Source of the DNA: a phage
DNA length: 64,000 bases
Strand: one strand, 5' to 3'
Sequence record: OZ346228.1
The notes under the pieces are model-generated. The model had not been told where the DNA came from, did no database searches, and was given only the letters and a program-made list of their open reading frames with translations. A program made the position numbers and the translations under genes. Each line of letters begins with the position of its first letter. The first letter of the stretch is position 1. Shown piece by piece: positions 1-11,300 of this stretch.

Positions 1-351
1 ACATCTGACGGTCAAACTGAAAGAATTTATTACTCCAAGGCAAACACCTACCGCCTAGATGTAAGAATTACCTACTCCGGTGCTGCGCTTTCTACAACCG
101 AAAAAGATGCCATTATAGAGGCTCTTTTGCAGGTTGTTAACGGACTGGATGTTGCAGATACGTTGTATAATATCCAATTGGTAGGTGCTGCATCTGCTGC
201 TGTGTCAATAGGCAGATTTAATAGGCTGGTAATTCAAGTTAAATCCGTAGGAGCTTCTGATGAAGCTTACACTACAAACGATATTGTTGCGAACATGACC
301 GAGGTGTTTGACCTCGACGAAAGTAATATAACTTTCCAACAAACTATTTAA
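1..351 (+). CDS. C-terminal fragment of tail/baseplate-like structural protein (5' end outside window)
   Basis: Frame 1 is open from position 1 to the stop at 349-351; sits directly upstream of the tail-fibre module. Confidence 0.5.
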   Translation, partial: TSDGQTERIYYSKANTYRLDVRITYSGAALSTTEKDAIIEALLQVVNGLDVADTLYNIQLVGAASAAVSIGRFNRLVIQVKSVGASDEAYTTNDIVANMTEVFDLDESNITFQQTI

Positions 352-362
352 GGCGGCGAGAT

Positions 363-1049
363 ATGGCAGAGATTAAGTCGGATGTTAACCACATCCACAC
401 TCTGCCAGATTTTGTTCAGGGAGGTCTTGACTACCTGCCTGGAGATTTTCTGGCTGAGAAGGTTAATTTAGTCACATTCTTAACCGTATACCTTAAAAGG
501 TTGGAGGATGTTGATAAGATGCTGGTAGGTTTGGCTGAAGGAAGATTGCTTAACAATGCCAGCGGAAGATACCTTGACGAAGTTGGTAATCAACTTGGTA
601 TTCTTAGGAATGGACTTTCAGATGCTGATTTTCGTGCCACACTAATTATTCAGCAGGCCGCAGCATCAATGGGCGGGACTCGCGAAGATGTCATCTCCAC
701 CTTGCGACAATTGTTCGGAAGAGACAATTTCGATACGTGGAAAGGAGACAACTTCAGGTTTGACATAAATATTAGAAAAACTTGCTTTGACATATTGCAG
801 TCTATCGATCAGATCTTAGATATGCTACCATTGCCTTGTCATTTGCGTCTTACAGAATCGCAAGGGCAAGCTTTTGGTTTTGAAGGGGACTCTACAGCTC
901 TTGGCTTCGGATCAGTATGGGAAGAAAACCAGTTTGGAGTTGGTGGACTGGCTACTTTGCTGTATGTTCCTGACGTAAGACCTGATTGGGACACCACAAC
1001 CATTTATTGTGAAAGTATTACAGTAAACGCAACTAGACAGGAGGGTTAA
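363..1049 (+). CDS. hypothetical tail/baseplate-associated protein
   Basis: 228-aa ORF with ATG start; stop overlaps the next start (ATGA-style coupling); position in tail module. Confidence 0.5.
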   Translation: MAEIKSDVNHIHTLPDFVQGGLDYLPGDFLAEKVNLVTFLTVYLKRLEDVDKMLVGLAEGRLLNNASGRYLDEVGNQLGILRNGLSDADFRATLIIQQAAASMGGTREDVISTLRQLFGRDNFDTWKGDNFRFDINIRKTCFDILQSIDQILDMLPLPCHLRLTESQGQAFGFEGDSTALGFGSVWEENQFGVGGLATLLYVPDVRPDWDTTTIYCESITVNATRQEG

Positions 1050-3121
1050 TGGCAACAGCTGTTTTTAAACCTTACCGTGATTACTCTACAATGGCTGCAC
1101 GGTTTCATTACCGAACAGTTCAGGATACTGCCGTTCCTGGTAGGGATTATGATCATGTTGAGGGCGATGTAACTATCCCAGTTGGGGCAACCAGTATTGA
1201 GATCCCCGTGGAAATTGTTGACAAATTACCCAACAGGTTGCCAAGAAGCTTCTTTATGGAGTTTTCATCAAAATCTCAAGGGGTGATGATTGGAACACAA
1301 AGGGCGAAATGTACAATAGTTTCAGATGAGAATCTTGACAGGATATCTTGGGATACTGTTGAGGAGAGAATGTTTCACCCAAGATATTGGGTTACAACCA
1401 CTCAGCAGACTGAAAGTACCTGTATTGTTGCAGATAACAACTGTTGTATTAACCGTTTAGTGTCAAGAACATATGGAGGTATGGCTGGGTGCATTTGGGA
1501 AACAGTTGACAAGTATGACCATTTCGGTATTGGGTTTGATGATCACTATGAGATGAGAAACACCAAGCTTTGGTTCAGAATGTCAATAACCAACGCCAGC
1601 AACTTCTCCACTCCTGAAAAGATGATTATGACTGTAGACCTTGTTGATGGCACAATCATCTATGTTCCTTTAGCTCAATATGCTGTCAGCATCTCAGAGG
1701 ATAAGAATGTTGCAGAAATTCATATTGATTTTGAGGACTGCGTCGGGATGGACCAGAACAACAACATGATGGGTGTTGATCCTCGGCAGGTGAGAAGGAT
1801 TTTAATACCGCTTATGCCTAAAGACTGGGTAAGTAATAGCACAGACCCGAGAACGGAAAATGTAAAGTGTGAGTTGCGCCTAGATCTGCTTCAGCCAGAC
1901 ACAGGCTGGAAAATGATGCAACTTAACAATATCCAGGTGAGAGAGCACGATGTTGGGATCTGCACCGCATATGACGATATGTGGAACGTGTCTCCTTTAA
2001 GGGTGTTGAACAATATCAAGCGTCTGGGCTATACCGGAACCATAAACCATTATGTTGGTATGAGTCATTATTATGACTACACATGGTCAGGAACCCAATG
2101 GTCTATAAACAGAACAGGAGCGCTAAACGCTGCAGCTTATAAATGGCATGATGATTTTATGTACAATGCCAAACGACATAACTTCGACGTTATGCAATCT
2201 GTAAGTTTTGAGCTTTTCAGCGATGCCTGCCCGTTGGAATGGACCCAAAGAGACTGGAACGATAACTACGCTAAAACAGGGTATACACCTTGTAGCTACC
2301 TCCTGTCTCCAACCATTGAAGAGGGTATGAATTTCCTTACTGCAGTATTTAAGAATTTTGCATCAGCCGCTATGAGAAACAACCTGCCAGTGATTATGCA
2401 GGTTGGTGAACCGTGGTGGTGGTACAATACCGATACTCGTAGACCTTGTATTTATGATTACCCTACAAAACAGGCGTTTTATGATGAGACAGGCGAGTAT
2501 GCATTAGATATTGGGACTATTGACGATCCTAAAACTGGCGGTGTTTACGATAAGTATGTAGCATTTTGTCGTGGTAAGCTTGGCGCTCGTATTGCGGCTA
2601 TTTCAAAGGCAATAAAGGCACACGCTGCATCAGCTCAGATGACAGCTCTGCTGTTTTTCCCAACCATTATGGAAACCGAGCTTACGCAAAAGCTTAACCT
2701 TGCTGACCAATATAAAAAGGAAGCAGGTGCTCTTGATTTCTTCTGCACCGAGTGCTACGATTGGGTGATGCAGGGAGGTATTGAAAAGGCAAAAGAGTCT
2801 GTAAACATACCTATCGTTAAGTTAGGTTGGCAACCGTCTGAAATACAATACCTTGCAGGGTTCGTTCCTAGTAAAGAGCTTGCTCCGGTATATGGCTACG
2901 ACCCAACCAGGAATTACCAAGAATTTTTATGGAGATGTATCTGCGGAAACATGGCAACCATAGAGTATAGATACCCTGAGGTAAAACAGTATGTGTGGGC
3001 ATACCCGCAAGTAATGTCTGACAGCATCACTGTTACAGCCAGAGATTCTACCGTGCTTCATATGGGGCAGGTTGCTCTGAAAGGGTATGTAGAAGATGTT
3101 GTCCCTCCAGACTTCTCATAA
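1049..3121 (+). CDS. hypothetical structural protein (690 aa)
   Basis: Long uninterrupted ORF, translationally coupled to the upstream gene; lies before the tail-fibre genes. Confidence 0.55.
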   Translation: MATAVFKPYRDYSTMAARFHYRTVQDTAVPGRDYDHVEGDVTIPVGATSIEIPVEIVDKLPNRLPRSFFMEFSSKSQGVMIGTQRAKCTIVSDENLDRISWDTVEERMFHPRYWVTTTQQTESTCIVADNNCCINRLVSRTYGGMAGCIWETVDKYDHFGIGFDDHYEMRNTKLWFRMSITNASNFSTPEKMIMTVDLVDGTIIYVPLAQYAVSISEDKNVAEIHIDFEDCVGMDQNNNMMGVDPRQVRRILIPLMPKDWVSNSTDPRTENVKCELRLDLLQPDTGWKMMQLNNIQVREHDVGICTAYDDMWNVSPLRVLNNIKRLGYTGTINHYVGMSHYYDYTWSGTQWSINRTGALNAAAYKWHDDFMYNAKRHNFDVMQSVSFELFSDACPLEWTQRDWNDNYAKTGYTPCSYLLSPTIEEGMNFLTAVFKNFASAAMRNNLPVIMQVGEPWWWYNTDTRRPCIYDYPTKQAFYDETGEYALDIGTIDDPKTGGVYDKYVAFCRGKLGARIAAISKAIKAHAASAQMTALLFFPTIMETELTQKLNLADQYKKEAGALDFFCTECYDWVMQGGIEKAKESVNIPIVKLGWQPSEIQYLAGFVPSKELAPVYGYDPTRNYQEFLWRCICGNMATIEYRYPEVKQYVWAYPQVMSDSITVTARDSTVLHMGQVALKGYVEDVVPPDFS

Positions 3122-3133
3122 TCAGGAGATAAA

Positions 3134-4174
3134 ATGTCAAAACCTAGTTTTCCATTAGAGATTTGGGCAGAGGAGGATCAGGTTCTGCCTAACACCCACA
3201 GACAGAACAGGCTACGCCCGATCGATGATTTGTGGAGAAAAGGTTGGGATCTTGGTCAAAAGCCATCCTGTGAAGAACTTAACTATATTTTCAATATGCT
3301 CGGAACTTGGGCAAAATACATTGCTGACGAGCAGATCCCCGCTCAAGAAGGCCGTTATCTGGTACGTGATAATAACTTGAGCGATCTTTTGAACATCCCT
3401 GTTGCCCGTAGAAACCTTGGGATTATCACTAAGGAAGAGGCAGACGCCAGGTATGTAAAAGTTACAGGTGATACAATGACAGGCCCCTTGGGGTTGCAAC
3501 GTATCAACTTTAAAGCTGCCGAGACAGATAAGGCTTGGATAGAGACAACTATTGGCCCAGATAAGACAACTCTCGACTTTGGGTTAAGTGATAATACCGG
3601 GTCGTTTGATGATGGTGGTACATCTACAGTGGATGCGTTTCGTTGGAGATTCCAGCCAACTCAGCCGGATATTAATCCAGAGTTCACTTTGATGTACCTT
3701 AACGCGATCACGGCTAATCGTGCGCTGTTGAAAGTGGTAGGCAATGTTGAAGTTGTCGATAACATGAGGTGCAATAACCTTACTATCAGCAATACAGCAA
3801 CATTCACCAACTGTAATGTGGCTAGTCAGTTGACGGCTGGGTCAGTATATGTTAATGGTGGTGCAAGTTGTGACAGTATGGTTGTAAGAAGCCAGCACTG
3901 TGTTGTCGGTAACAGAAATGTGGTGCGCTCCGTGAATGGAGTGACGGCTAACGGTAACGGTGATGTAACGATCACTATCCCGCAGACAGGTGTGCAAGAC
4001 ATCAGAATCGGTGCAAGACTTGTGGACGGCGTTTCTGAATCTCCAATCCGCAACGGCTACGTTGTCACAGGCTGGCATTTCGGTGACAAAAAAGAGATGC
4101 GTGGTTCAACCTACTGGGCAGGACCCTTACAAAAACTTGTAAATGGTCAATGGATCACTGTTAATTATGCATAG
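3134..4174 (+). CDS. tail fibre protein (paralog 1)
   Basis: 346 aa; GDTMTG-type fibre motif (VKVTGDTMTGPLGL); N- and C-termini conserved with ORF 5184-6230 (C-terminal QKLVNGQWITVNYA); followed by a Tfa-like chaperone. Confidence 0.7.
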   Translation: MSKPSFPLEIWAEEDQVLPNTHRQNRLRPIDDLWRKGWDLGQKPSCEELNYIFNMLGTWAKYIADEQIPAQEGRYLVRDNNLSDLLNIPVARRNLGIITKEEADARYVKVTGDTMTGPLGLQRINFKAAETDKAWIETTIGPDKTTLDFGLSDNTGSFDDGGTSTVDAFRWRFQPTQPDINPEFTLMYLNAITANRALLKVVGNVEVVDNMRCNNLTISNTATFTNCNVASQLTAGSVYVNGGASCDSMVVRSQHCVVGNRNVVRSVNGVTANGNGDVTITIPQTGVQDIRIGARLVDGVSESPIRNGYVVTGWHFGDKKEMRGSTYWAGPLQKLVNGQWITVNYA

Positions 4175-4188
4175 ATCGGAGGACTAGC

Positions 4189-4773
4189 ATGAAAATACTT
4201 CAAGAGTTTAAACTTTACCAACCAGGATCTGGCGAATACCACTCCAACAAGGAAACCAAGGAGCTGACCCCTCAAGAGGTAGAGGATTACACCGCATACA
4301 CTGGGTATTTTTTACGTAATGATGATGGTGATTGGTATGTGCAGTCACGAACATTACGACAAGAAAATCCAGGGTGTATCTTCCTACTTGTTGACGAGAA
4401 GGGAATTCTTAAGACATCTACAGAAGAACCTGATGCCTTATGGCCTGCTCCAGGTCTTCGTGTGGTTATCGCCAAAAAAGAAGAGGTACCAGAAAACATT
4501 ATGCTTCACCACGACGCTTTGCGTTTAGTTGGTGATGAATTTGTCACAGACAATGAATTCTTTGTTCAACAGGCAGAGGGTGTCATAGAGACAGAACTTG
4601 CTTGGGCTACTGCTAGAATTGGTGCCTATCAAGACATGATTGACCTTGAATATGATCTTACTGATGACCAGAAACGTAACATCAGAGATTTGAAAATGTA
4701 CAGGGTAAAACTTCTTGAAATAGATACATCTAAAGCCCCTGACATTTTCTTCCCAGAGCGACCTACCCTCTAA
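4189..4773 (+). CDS. tail fibre assembly protein (lambda Tfa / P2 G-like)
   Basis: 194 aa; C-terminal KMYRVKLLEIDTSKAPDIFFP matches the conserved Tfa C-terminus ([21 protein letters not shown] in lambda); GGAGG RBS. Confidence 0.75.
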   Translation: MKILQEFKLYQPGSGEYHSNKETKELTPQEVEDYTAYTGYFLRNDDGDWYVQSRTLRQENPGCIFLLVDEKGILKTSTEEPDALWPAPGLRVVIAKKEEVPENIMLHHDALRLVGDEFVTDNEFFVQQAEGVIETELAWATARIGAYQDMIDLEYDLTDDQKRNIRDLKMYRVKLLEIDTSKAPDIFFPERPTL

Positions 4774-4784
4774 GAGGAGGTGTT

Positions 4785-5099
4785 GTGGAGTTGGATTTGG
4801 CGGCATTGTACGGTATCTGCATGGGTACCGTTGTCCCGATCTGTGTATGGGCTTTCAACCAGTGGCACACCAAATGGAAAGACATTTCCAAGAGGTTGGA
4901 TGAGCTGGAGAAAGACCTCATCTTAGTGAAAAACAGTATGGTTACAAAAGATAAACTTGATTCCGTTATAGAGACCCGGTTAAGCAAGCTAGAGGCCGAT
5001 ATTAACGACCTTAAGCAGGATGTCAGGACAGATGTCTCCGGCATCAGAGCCGATGTACAAAAGATTTTGCACATGCTCGTAGAGCATAGTAAAAGGTAA
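4785..5099 (+). CDS. hypothetical protein, N-terminal hydrophobic segment plus coiled coil
   Basis: 104 aa, probable GTG start after GAGGAGG; hydrophobic N-terminus and heptad-rich C-terminal half. Confidence 0.45.
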   Translation: MELDLAALYGICMGTVVPICVWAFNQWHTKWKDISKRLDELEKDLILVKNSMVTKDKLDSVIETRLSKLEADINDLKQDVRTDVSGIRADVQKILHMLVEHSKR

Positions 5100-5183
5100 A
5101 CAAAGGTCAGAACGGAAAGGACTCCTCTTGCATTTTGTTCCCTAAAGTGTTAAAATAGTCCTAAGGAATTTTCTCAGGAGAAC

Positions 5184-6230
5184 GTGATGACTAAACCAGT
5201 TATCCCTCTTGATATTTGGGCCAATCAGGATGTTGTGCTTGAAAATACGGGAGAGTTGAATAAGTCTCAACCAAAAAAAGAAGAGAGATTGAAAGGTTGG
5301 GATATGACACAAAGAGTGGCATGTGAAGTTGTTAACTTTGAACTTCACATGCTTTCTGCGTGGTTAAAGCATTTAACAGAAGATGTTGTCCCAGGATGGG
5401 ATAATAGATTCTTAAGGGTCACTAATAATCTAGCAGACGTTCCAGACAAAGCTGCTGCACGTCAAGTTCTCAATGTATACTCGCCTGAAGAAATGGACGA
5501 TCTGTATGTTGACAAGTCTGGAGACATAATGACTCAGACTCAAACTTTAGGCCTTCAAAGAATCGAGTTTGCATCTGCGTCAACAGACAATGCGGCAATA
5601 TATACCACCATAACTCCAGACAAGACGACGATGGACTTCTGGATTATGGACAACATCGGTGGTGCTGACGGCACAGACCTTGATGATCCTTCTCACCAAA
5701 TAGACGGGTTCCGTTGGAGATTTCAACCTTCTGGTGGGCAGCCTGTGTTTTCGGCTATGAAGCTCAATGCTATAACTGCCAACCGTGCAAGACTGGCTAT
5801 CCAAGGAAATCTTGAATGCAACGATGCAAAAAGTTCCTCTGCAAATGCCAATGCGGTCACGATACCAAGAGCCACTGTTAACGGACAACAATCCTGCGGA
5901 AGCGCTCAAATAGGTGGAAGAGTTGATTGTAACGATGAAACCGTTAGAGGCCAATATGCAACCGTTGGTGGAAGAAACGTGGTCCGCAGGGTAAACGGTA
6001 ACAGCGCAGACGGTAGTGGTAACCTTACTGTCCCTATGCCCAGTAGAGGGGTTGACGATGTAAGGATAGCGAACCGTTTCAAAACCACCTACAGAGAGTC
6101 AAGGGTCTACCCTGGACATGTGATGTGCTCTGGTAACTACGCTTATAAACACCCTTATCAAGGTGATTACTGGACAGGTGCTATCCAAAAACTTGTAAAC
6201 GGTCAATGGATCACTATATCTTATGCTTAA
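5184..6230 (+). CDS. tail fibre protein (paralog 2)
   Basis: 348 aa; shares N-terminus (PLDIWANQD, KGWD) and C-terminus (QKLVNGQWITISYA) with 3134-4174; middle region divergent; KSGDIMT motif. Confidence 0.7.
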   Translation: MMTKPVIPLDIWANQDVVLENTGELNKSQPKKEERLKGWDMTQRVACEVVNFELHMLSAWLKHLTEDVVPGWDNRFLRVTNNLADVPDKAAARQVLNVYSPEEMDDLYVDKSGDIMTQTQTLGLQRIEFASASTDNAAIYTTITPDKTTMDFWIMDNIGGADGTDLDDPSHQIDGFRWRFQPSGGQPVFSAMKLNAITANRARLAIQGNLECNDAKSSSANANAVTIPRATVNGQQSCGSAQIGGRVDCNDETVRGQYATVGGRNVVRRVNGNSADGSGNLTVPMPSRGVDDVRIANRFKTTYRESRVYPGHVMCSGNYAYKHPYQGDYWTGAIQKLVNGQWITISYA

Positions 6231-6241
6231 AAAGAGGGTAA

Positions 6242-6508
6242 ATGAAACTAACTCAGTTTTTATGGGGACTGGTTGCGGAATCTGATGACCCTACGAAAGT
6301 ATCCCAATCTAAGCTATGGTCGAACATAGGCATGGTGGTGATGACTGGGGTGTTTATTCATATGGGGTATAATGATACGCTTCCTGAATGGTATGCGTGG
6401 ATATATGCACCTTCAGTAGCCTGCCCCCAGCTTATTAGCAAATTCATCTCGCTCCGGTGGGGTTGCCAGCACCCTGACCACGTTAAAAACGAAGAGCAAA
6501 AAGCTTAA
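6242..6508 (+). CDS. hypothetical small protein
   Basis: 88-aa ORF with RBS (AGAGGG) upstream; between fibre paralog and the 581-aa gene. Confidence 0.4.
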   Translation: MKLTQFLWGLVAESDDPTKVSQSKLWSNIGMVVMTGVFIHMGYNDTLPEWYAWIYAPSVACPQLISKFISLRWGCQHPDHVKNEEQKA

Positions 6509-6517
6509 GGAGAAATC

Positions 6518-8263
6518 ATGGCGCAAGACATGACAAGCTTCGAGCAGGCGGTAGATCAAGTAATTGTTGATTCTGAACGTTTGCACTTGATTGTCAACGG
6601 TAACGCTGTGGATGAAGTTGTCGTAGAGGATGGGACCACTATCCCTACGGTACGAAAAGCCATGCTTGACACCCTTTATTTTAAAACGCCACCAATCCCT
6701 TGGGCGTATGGTGCATCCACAACAGTTTTTAACCAGTTGTATGAGTTTAAAGGGGATACAGGCACTCAGTGGTGGTACGCCCCAGCAGCATCAAAATCTA
6801 ACCCGGTTAGAATGCCAGCAGATCCTTCACAATCTCCAAACTGGAGATTATACACCGACTCTGCAGTAATGGCAAAATACTACGCAAAACTTAACAGCCC
6901 AAGGTTCGAAGGTGACCCGCGAGTACCTACACCTCCAATGGACGATAAGTCAGAGTCCATAGCAAACACAGAGTTTGTTGTTGACTATGTTGATAGCATA
7001 TTTAAAGCCATGGAGGGGATGAAAGTTACTGTAGGATCTTTGGTGGTAAAAGGTCTTACAGAACTCGCTAACACTATAGTTGGTGGCACCCTTACCTTAC
7101 ATGGACCTGTTAATGGGGCAGATTCTACTGCACGCTTTAGGAATCTAATCCTCACGGCAAATACTTCTACACTTACTTTTGCGTGGAGCGATCCTAAGCA
7201 TGCAGACTGGAGAAGTACAGAGCTGCAACCTCATGAAGTGTCCACCCACAGGGTTATAGCTGACACTATAACTTCTGGGAAACCAGTGGCTAATAATAAC
7301 GATGTGCATTTTGATGGTCTGGGTAATAACTTTTTTGACTACGTGTACATTCGTGGTAATGCCATGAAGGCAGCAACCGAACCGACATTGCAGGTAGATG
7401 GGACCACCAGGGTTAAGAACCTTGAGGTGACAGGTACCGTTACAGGGATAACATACTCTGTCGATGGCACCATGATCTACCCTAGCTATATTGAAAGCAC
7501 TGGTGATGCATTGATAAATGGCGATTTGGAGGTTGGCGGGTCTGTAGTTATTCGAGGTACGGCCTCTATCCAAAACATAGCTCTGAATACCTTAAGAGTC
7601 AATGAGCGTGCAACTTTTGAAGGAGAAGGGCTTACAGCCAACAAAGGTGTAATTACCGAGCTGACAACAACCACTTTAACTGCAACAGCTGCAAACTCTG
7701 AAAACTGCAACGTTACCCGCAACTTGCAGGTAAATGGAGATGTCAGTTTAAACGCAGCAGGGCCTGGCACCACCTCTGTTCACAACCTTGAAATATCCGG
7801 CACGGTGACTGGGTGGTTGCCTGACTTCTCTAATGTCACCTTTGTCTGTAATGGCATTAACTCCAGTGGCAAGATAACCACCTCTCAAGAAATTGAGGCG
7901 GGTAAAACCATTACTGCCCCTACTTTCCACGCAGGAAAGGTAGATTTTGATTTAGAGGAGGTTGACGCGTCCAGTGGGACATGGACACCTAACGGGCAGG
8001 CCAGTATGTATGTTGTTCACGCGAAAGGGGATTTTACAATAGGACAGTGGCCTGGGACATCAGCGGAAGATAAACCTTATCCATTCACTGCGGTTATCTA
8101 TGTAATTCAGGATGCTGTAGGTCACAACGTGACTTTGCACGATAAGTATGCTATCCTGTCGGCAACACCTGTTATTAACAACAAGGCTAACAGTGTTACC
8201 TTGCTGCAATTAACGTATTGTGGTGTTGGTGATATCGTAGACGTAGTAATTGCACAACGTTAA
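6518..8263 (+). CDS. putative tail fibre / tailspike-like protein
   Basis: 581 aa; Thr/Gly/Val-rich repetitive beta-type sequence (LEVTGTVTGITY, NLQVNGDVSL); followed by a rho-independent terminator. Confidence 0.55.
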   Translation: MAQDMTSFEQAVDQVIVDSERLHLIVNGNAVDEVVVEDGTTIPTVRKAMLDTLYFKTPPIPWAYGASTTVFNQLYEFKGDTGTQWWYAPAASKSNPVRMPADPSQSPNWRLYTDSAVMAKYYAKLNSPRFEGDPRVPTPPMDDKSESIANTEFVVDYVDSIFKAMEGMKVTVGSLVVKGLTELANTIVGGTLTLHGPVNGADSTARFRNLILTANTSTLTFAWSDPKHADWRSTELQPHEVSTHRVIADTITSGKPVANNNDVHFDGLGNNFFDYVYIRGNAMKAATEPTLQVDGTTRVKNLEVTGTVTGITYSVDGTMIYPSYIESTGDALINGDLEVGGSVVIRGTASIQNIALNTLRVNERATFEGEGLTANKGVITELTTTTLTATAANSENCNVTRNLQVNGDVSLNAAGPGTTSVHNLEISGTVTGWLPDFSNVTFVCNGINSSGKITTSQEIEAGKTITAPTFHAGKVDFDLEEVDASSGTWTPNGQASMYVVHAKGDFTIGQWPGTSAEDKPYPFTAVIYVIQDAVGHNVTLHDKYAILSATPVINNKANSVTLLQLTYCGVGDIVDVVIAQR

Positions 8264-8272
8264 TATATCTAA

Positions 8273-8297
8273 CCGCTCCTGACGGGGCGGTTTTCTT
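8273..8297 (+). terminator. rho-independent terminator after 581-aa gene
   Basis: Hairpin CCGCTCC-TGAC-GGGGCGG followed by TTTTCTT. Confidence 0.6.
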
Positions 8298-8311
8298 ATC
8301 TGGAGAACACA

Positions 8312-11300
8312 ATGCTTCCAATCCCTTTGCTAAAACTTGGTCGTCATTTCCTCGATAAGAGGGGTGGAATTAAGGAACTTGCTGTTCTGTCATACCCAAT
8401 AGACAACAGTGATGGTACAAGCAACACAGTATCCTATGTAAATAGCTTAGCTATACTTTTTGATGATGGTCAGCTTAATATTACTGGCTATAACAAGTTC
8501 GGAGAGTGCCGCACTGGGGATCGTAGCCCTATAAACTATCCGAGCGAAACAGCCTGGAATGTTGATCATGTGTGGAGAGCAGACCGCGCGTTTGTGATCC
8601 GGACTTTTGATAACCAGTTTTTCTACATCGGCTGCACTGCAGGTCTTATCGGATCCACTGCGGCAGGCGGTAATGATGTTTGCGTAAACGAGTGGACACC
8701 ACTCCCAGAGCAGATTGTTAAAGGATTGCACCTTGACACCCACCCAGAACGCCTTATTGAGGTGATGGGCGGTATTAACAACACTGTCTGGGTTATTGCA
8801 GAGGCAGAAGGTACTGGCATACTTAACCTGTATGGATCTGGTAACAACACCTACGGATCTTTGCATGTAGATAAAAATCAGCATGCAACCCCTGTAAAGA
8901 TTGGTGAGACATCGGAAAATCCTGAAACAGGCCCTTGGAAAAACCCAAGCATCAACTGTGAGGTGCATGACAACTCTGTTATTTTCGGTGGTCCTAGGGG
9001 TTTCTGGATTGCTGGATACGACTTTCTGAGAAATAACAGTAGAAACGACCTTGTTTGGCCTCCTGTGCAGATTACTCGTAACGATTTGAGGGGCATTCCT
9101 GCAGATGAGGAGTGGAAAGGGTTTATGTGTGGTCCTAACGGGGCAGTAATTGCTACACAGAGGATGCATAGACCCGATGACCAGCAGCTTGTTAACGTAT
9201 TTTATGGTCAAAACATTTGGGGAGATGATACATGGCGGGAACTGAATATCACCTACACCCATGAGGTAATGATGGCTCGTGGGTACGGCACAAGTGGCAT
9301 TTTCTTCAATAATGGCACTAAGCAGTATCGTGGGTTCTCTCGCAACTTATGTAATGATATTGGTGCACAATCTGCAAACAATAGTCCTAGGGCCGATTTT
9401 ATCCACTATCAAGCTCTTGCTACAGCTAAATATGTTGAGCAACGCCTGCCAGTCAGCTGGACAGAGAGTGTTTATTTCCAAGGCATCCACAGAGAAGGTT
9501 TCTTAGGGACCTTTACTGTTGTTAATGGTAAACTTTGGTGGTCAGGTATCCCAAGGGGAAGTTTTACAGGCTCTAATAACCTGTTTGGCGGCAGACTTAA
9601 TAGTCAGGGGTTCACAGAGGTTCCTGAGAATTGGTATAAAAATGTCCCAGTAGACAGTTGGGGCGTTGATGATATTTTCGACGTTAATGGTGTTAGCAGT
9701 GTTAGCAATATCTACATTGGTGACACGGTCAAGATGAAATTGAAGCCTCAGCCAGAGGGAGCTACGTTCATCATTGACAAGATTGAACTGGTGAATGCTG
9801 CAGGTACGGTTGTTACAGATGCAAATTACCAATTCTCCACCAACTGGAACCACGGCGGGGCCAACGAAGTTGTTGTTACCCAGTATAACAGAAATGTTAA
9901 CAGACGTGGCCTGTACTCTGTAAAAATAACCTATCATGACAAGCATGGCACAGGCAGAACTCACACGACAAGGACTTTGAACTGGAACACCATAGTTCCT
10001 GCGTATCCGTCCAACGGCAAGTGGCATACCGTTGGTAGAAACAAGCAGTTCCATGTTAACGATACTGTATACTTTGGGCTGAATGGGACCCAGCCTGCAG
10101 TAGAAGGGGATACATCGTATATGGTCAGACTCCACAGAATGGATGCTGGATCAGTCACTTATGATGTGACCCAAGAGATCTACGATCAAAGACGCGCCAC
10201 GTATGACAATATTGTGAAAACACAAGCCTTGTGGGAGTTCAATCCTAATGGCAAGGGTGGTAAAATGTTGCAGGTTAATGAGCAGAACGGAACGTCGTTG
10301 ACTGTTCACGAACACCCAGACCCTTGGCCTGATCCTGGAAAACCTCACCCGGGAGCTCGTACACTGAAAATTGTCAGCCATGATGCAGGATATTTCGGAA
10401 TACGCTGGGAAGCTACAGTAAGATATGTCGACGGGACAACAAACAACATAGGGATTACACTTGGCGGCACTAGTGAAGATAGCTCGCTGAAAATTGCCTA
10501 CACGCCCAGAGGTATCTCTATTGATAATATGGATGTTGTTCGCAATGGTTACGGCGATGTGAATGTCAAAGTTACTCTTGGCGAACATCTTGGTGGGGAA
10601 AGGATCATCATGTATGCCTTTGATCATGATCCACGCACCAATGGAACTTATGCAAATCAGGCATGGAGTTACCTGATAAATGCACCTGAGCCGAATACTA
10701 AAGAGTTCTACTATGGCATGAAGCGAGATGTGTGCAAGAAAACAGGAACACATGACTGGATTGCTATCTGCGTTAAAGATGAGCGCACAGCTTGGGATGA
10801 GCCTGTTAACAGATGGTTCATAGGTATTCCTACCAGAAGTGATAAGTATGTCGCAGAATATATTGTATGCATGGGCGGTACCAACCTAAACATGTGTTGG
10901 AACGAAGATGTAAACAAATACTCTGATTATGACTATATGAGGGATTACTCTTGTAATTTGTGGTTTAACCAAACTACAGGTTACCCTCCAAGACAGGCGA
11001 GAGTAAACCCTGCAATCTTCACAGACACGCAGGTTTTCTTGACAAAACAGGCCAACGAGGTTCAGACCTTCAAGAATAAATACGATCCTAACAAGTGGTT
11101 CTACAACTGTTACGGCGCATTTTTCTGGGGACCTGGTGAGTTACCTGGTGGTGGATCTTGCTTGAATGAGGCAACTTACGCAAGTGACTACATCATGGGG
11201 CAGGTCAAGAAGTATAAGATAATCCCCGGTCCTGAGACTTTGGGCAATGCCGTTGACCCTTATATCATCATGACTGCACTGAGATCAAACATGGATGGGA

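Noticed and set aside
4785-5099. Spanin or holin assignment for the 104-aa TM plus coiled-coil ORF (and the 88-aa ORF 6242-6508)
   Set aside because: Architecture is compatible with an i-spanin, but the genes sit inside the tail-fibre module away from the only lysis candidate (SleB-like hydrolase at 25233); too weak to call.
3134-6230. Diversity-generating retroelement acting on the duplicated tail fibres
   Set aside because: No reverse transcriptase gene and no template/variable repeat pair with adenine-specific mismatches; the two fibres differ by a whole central segment.
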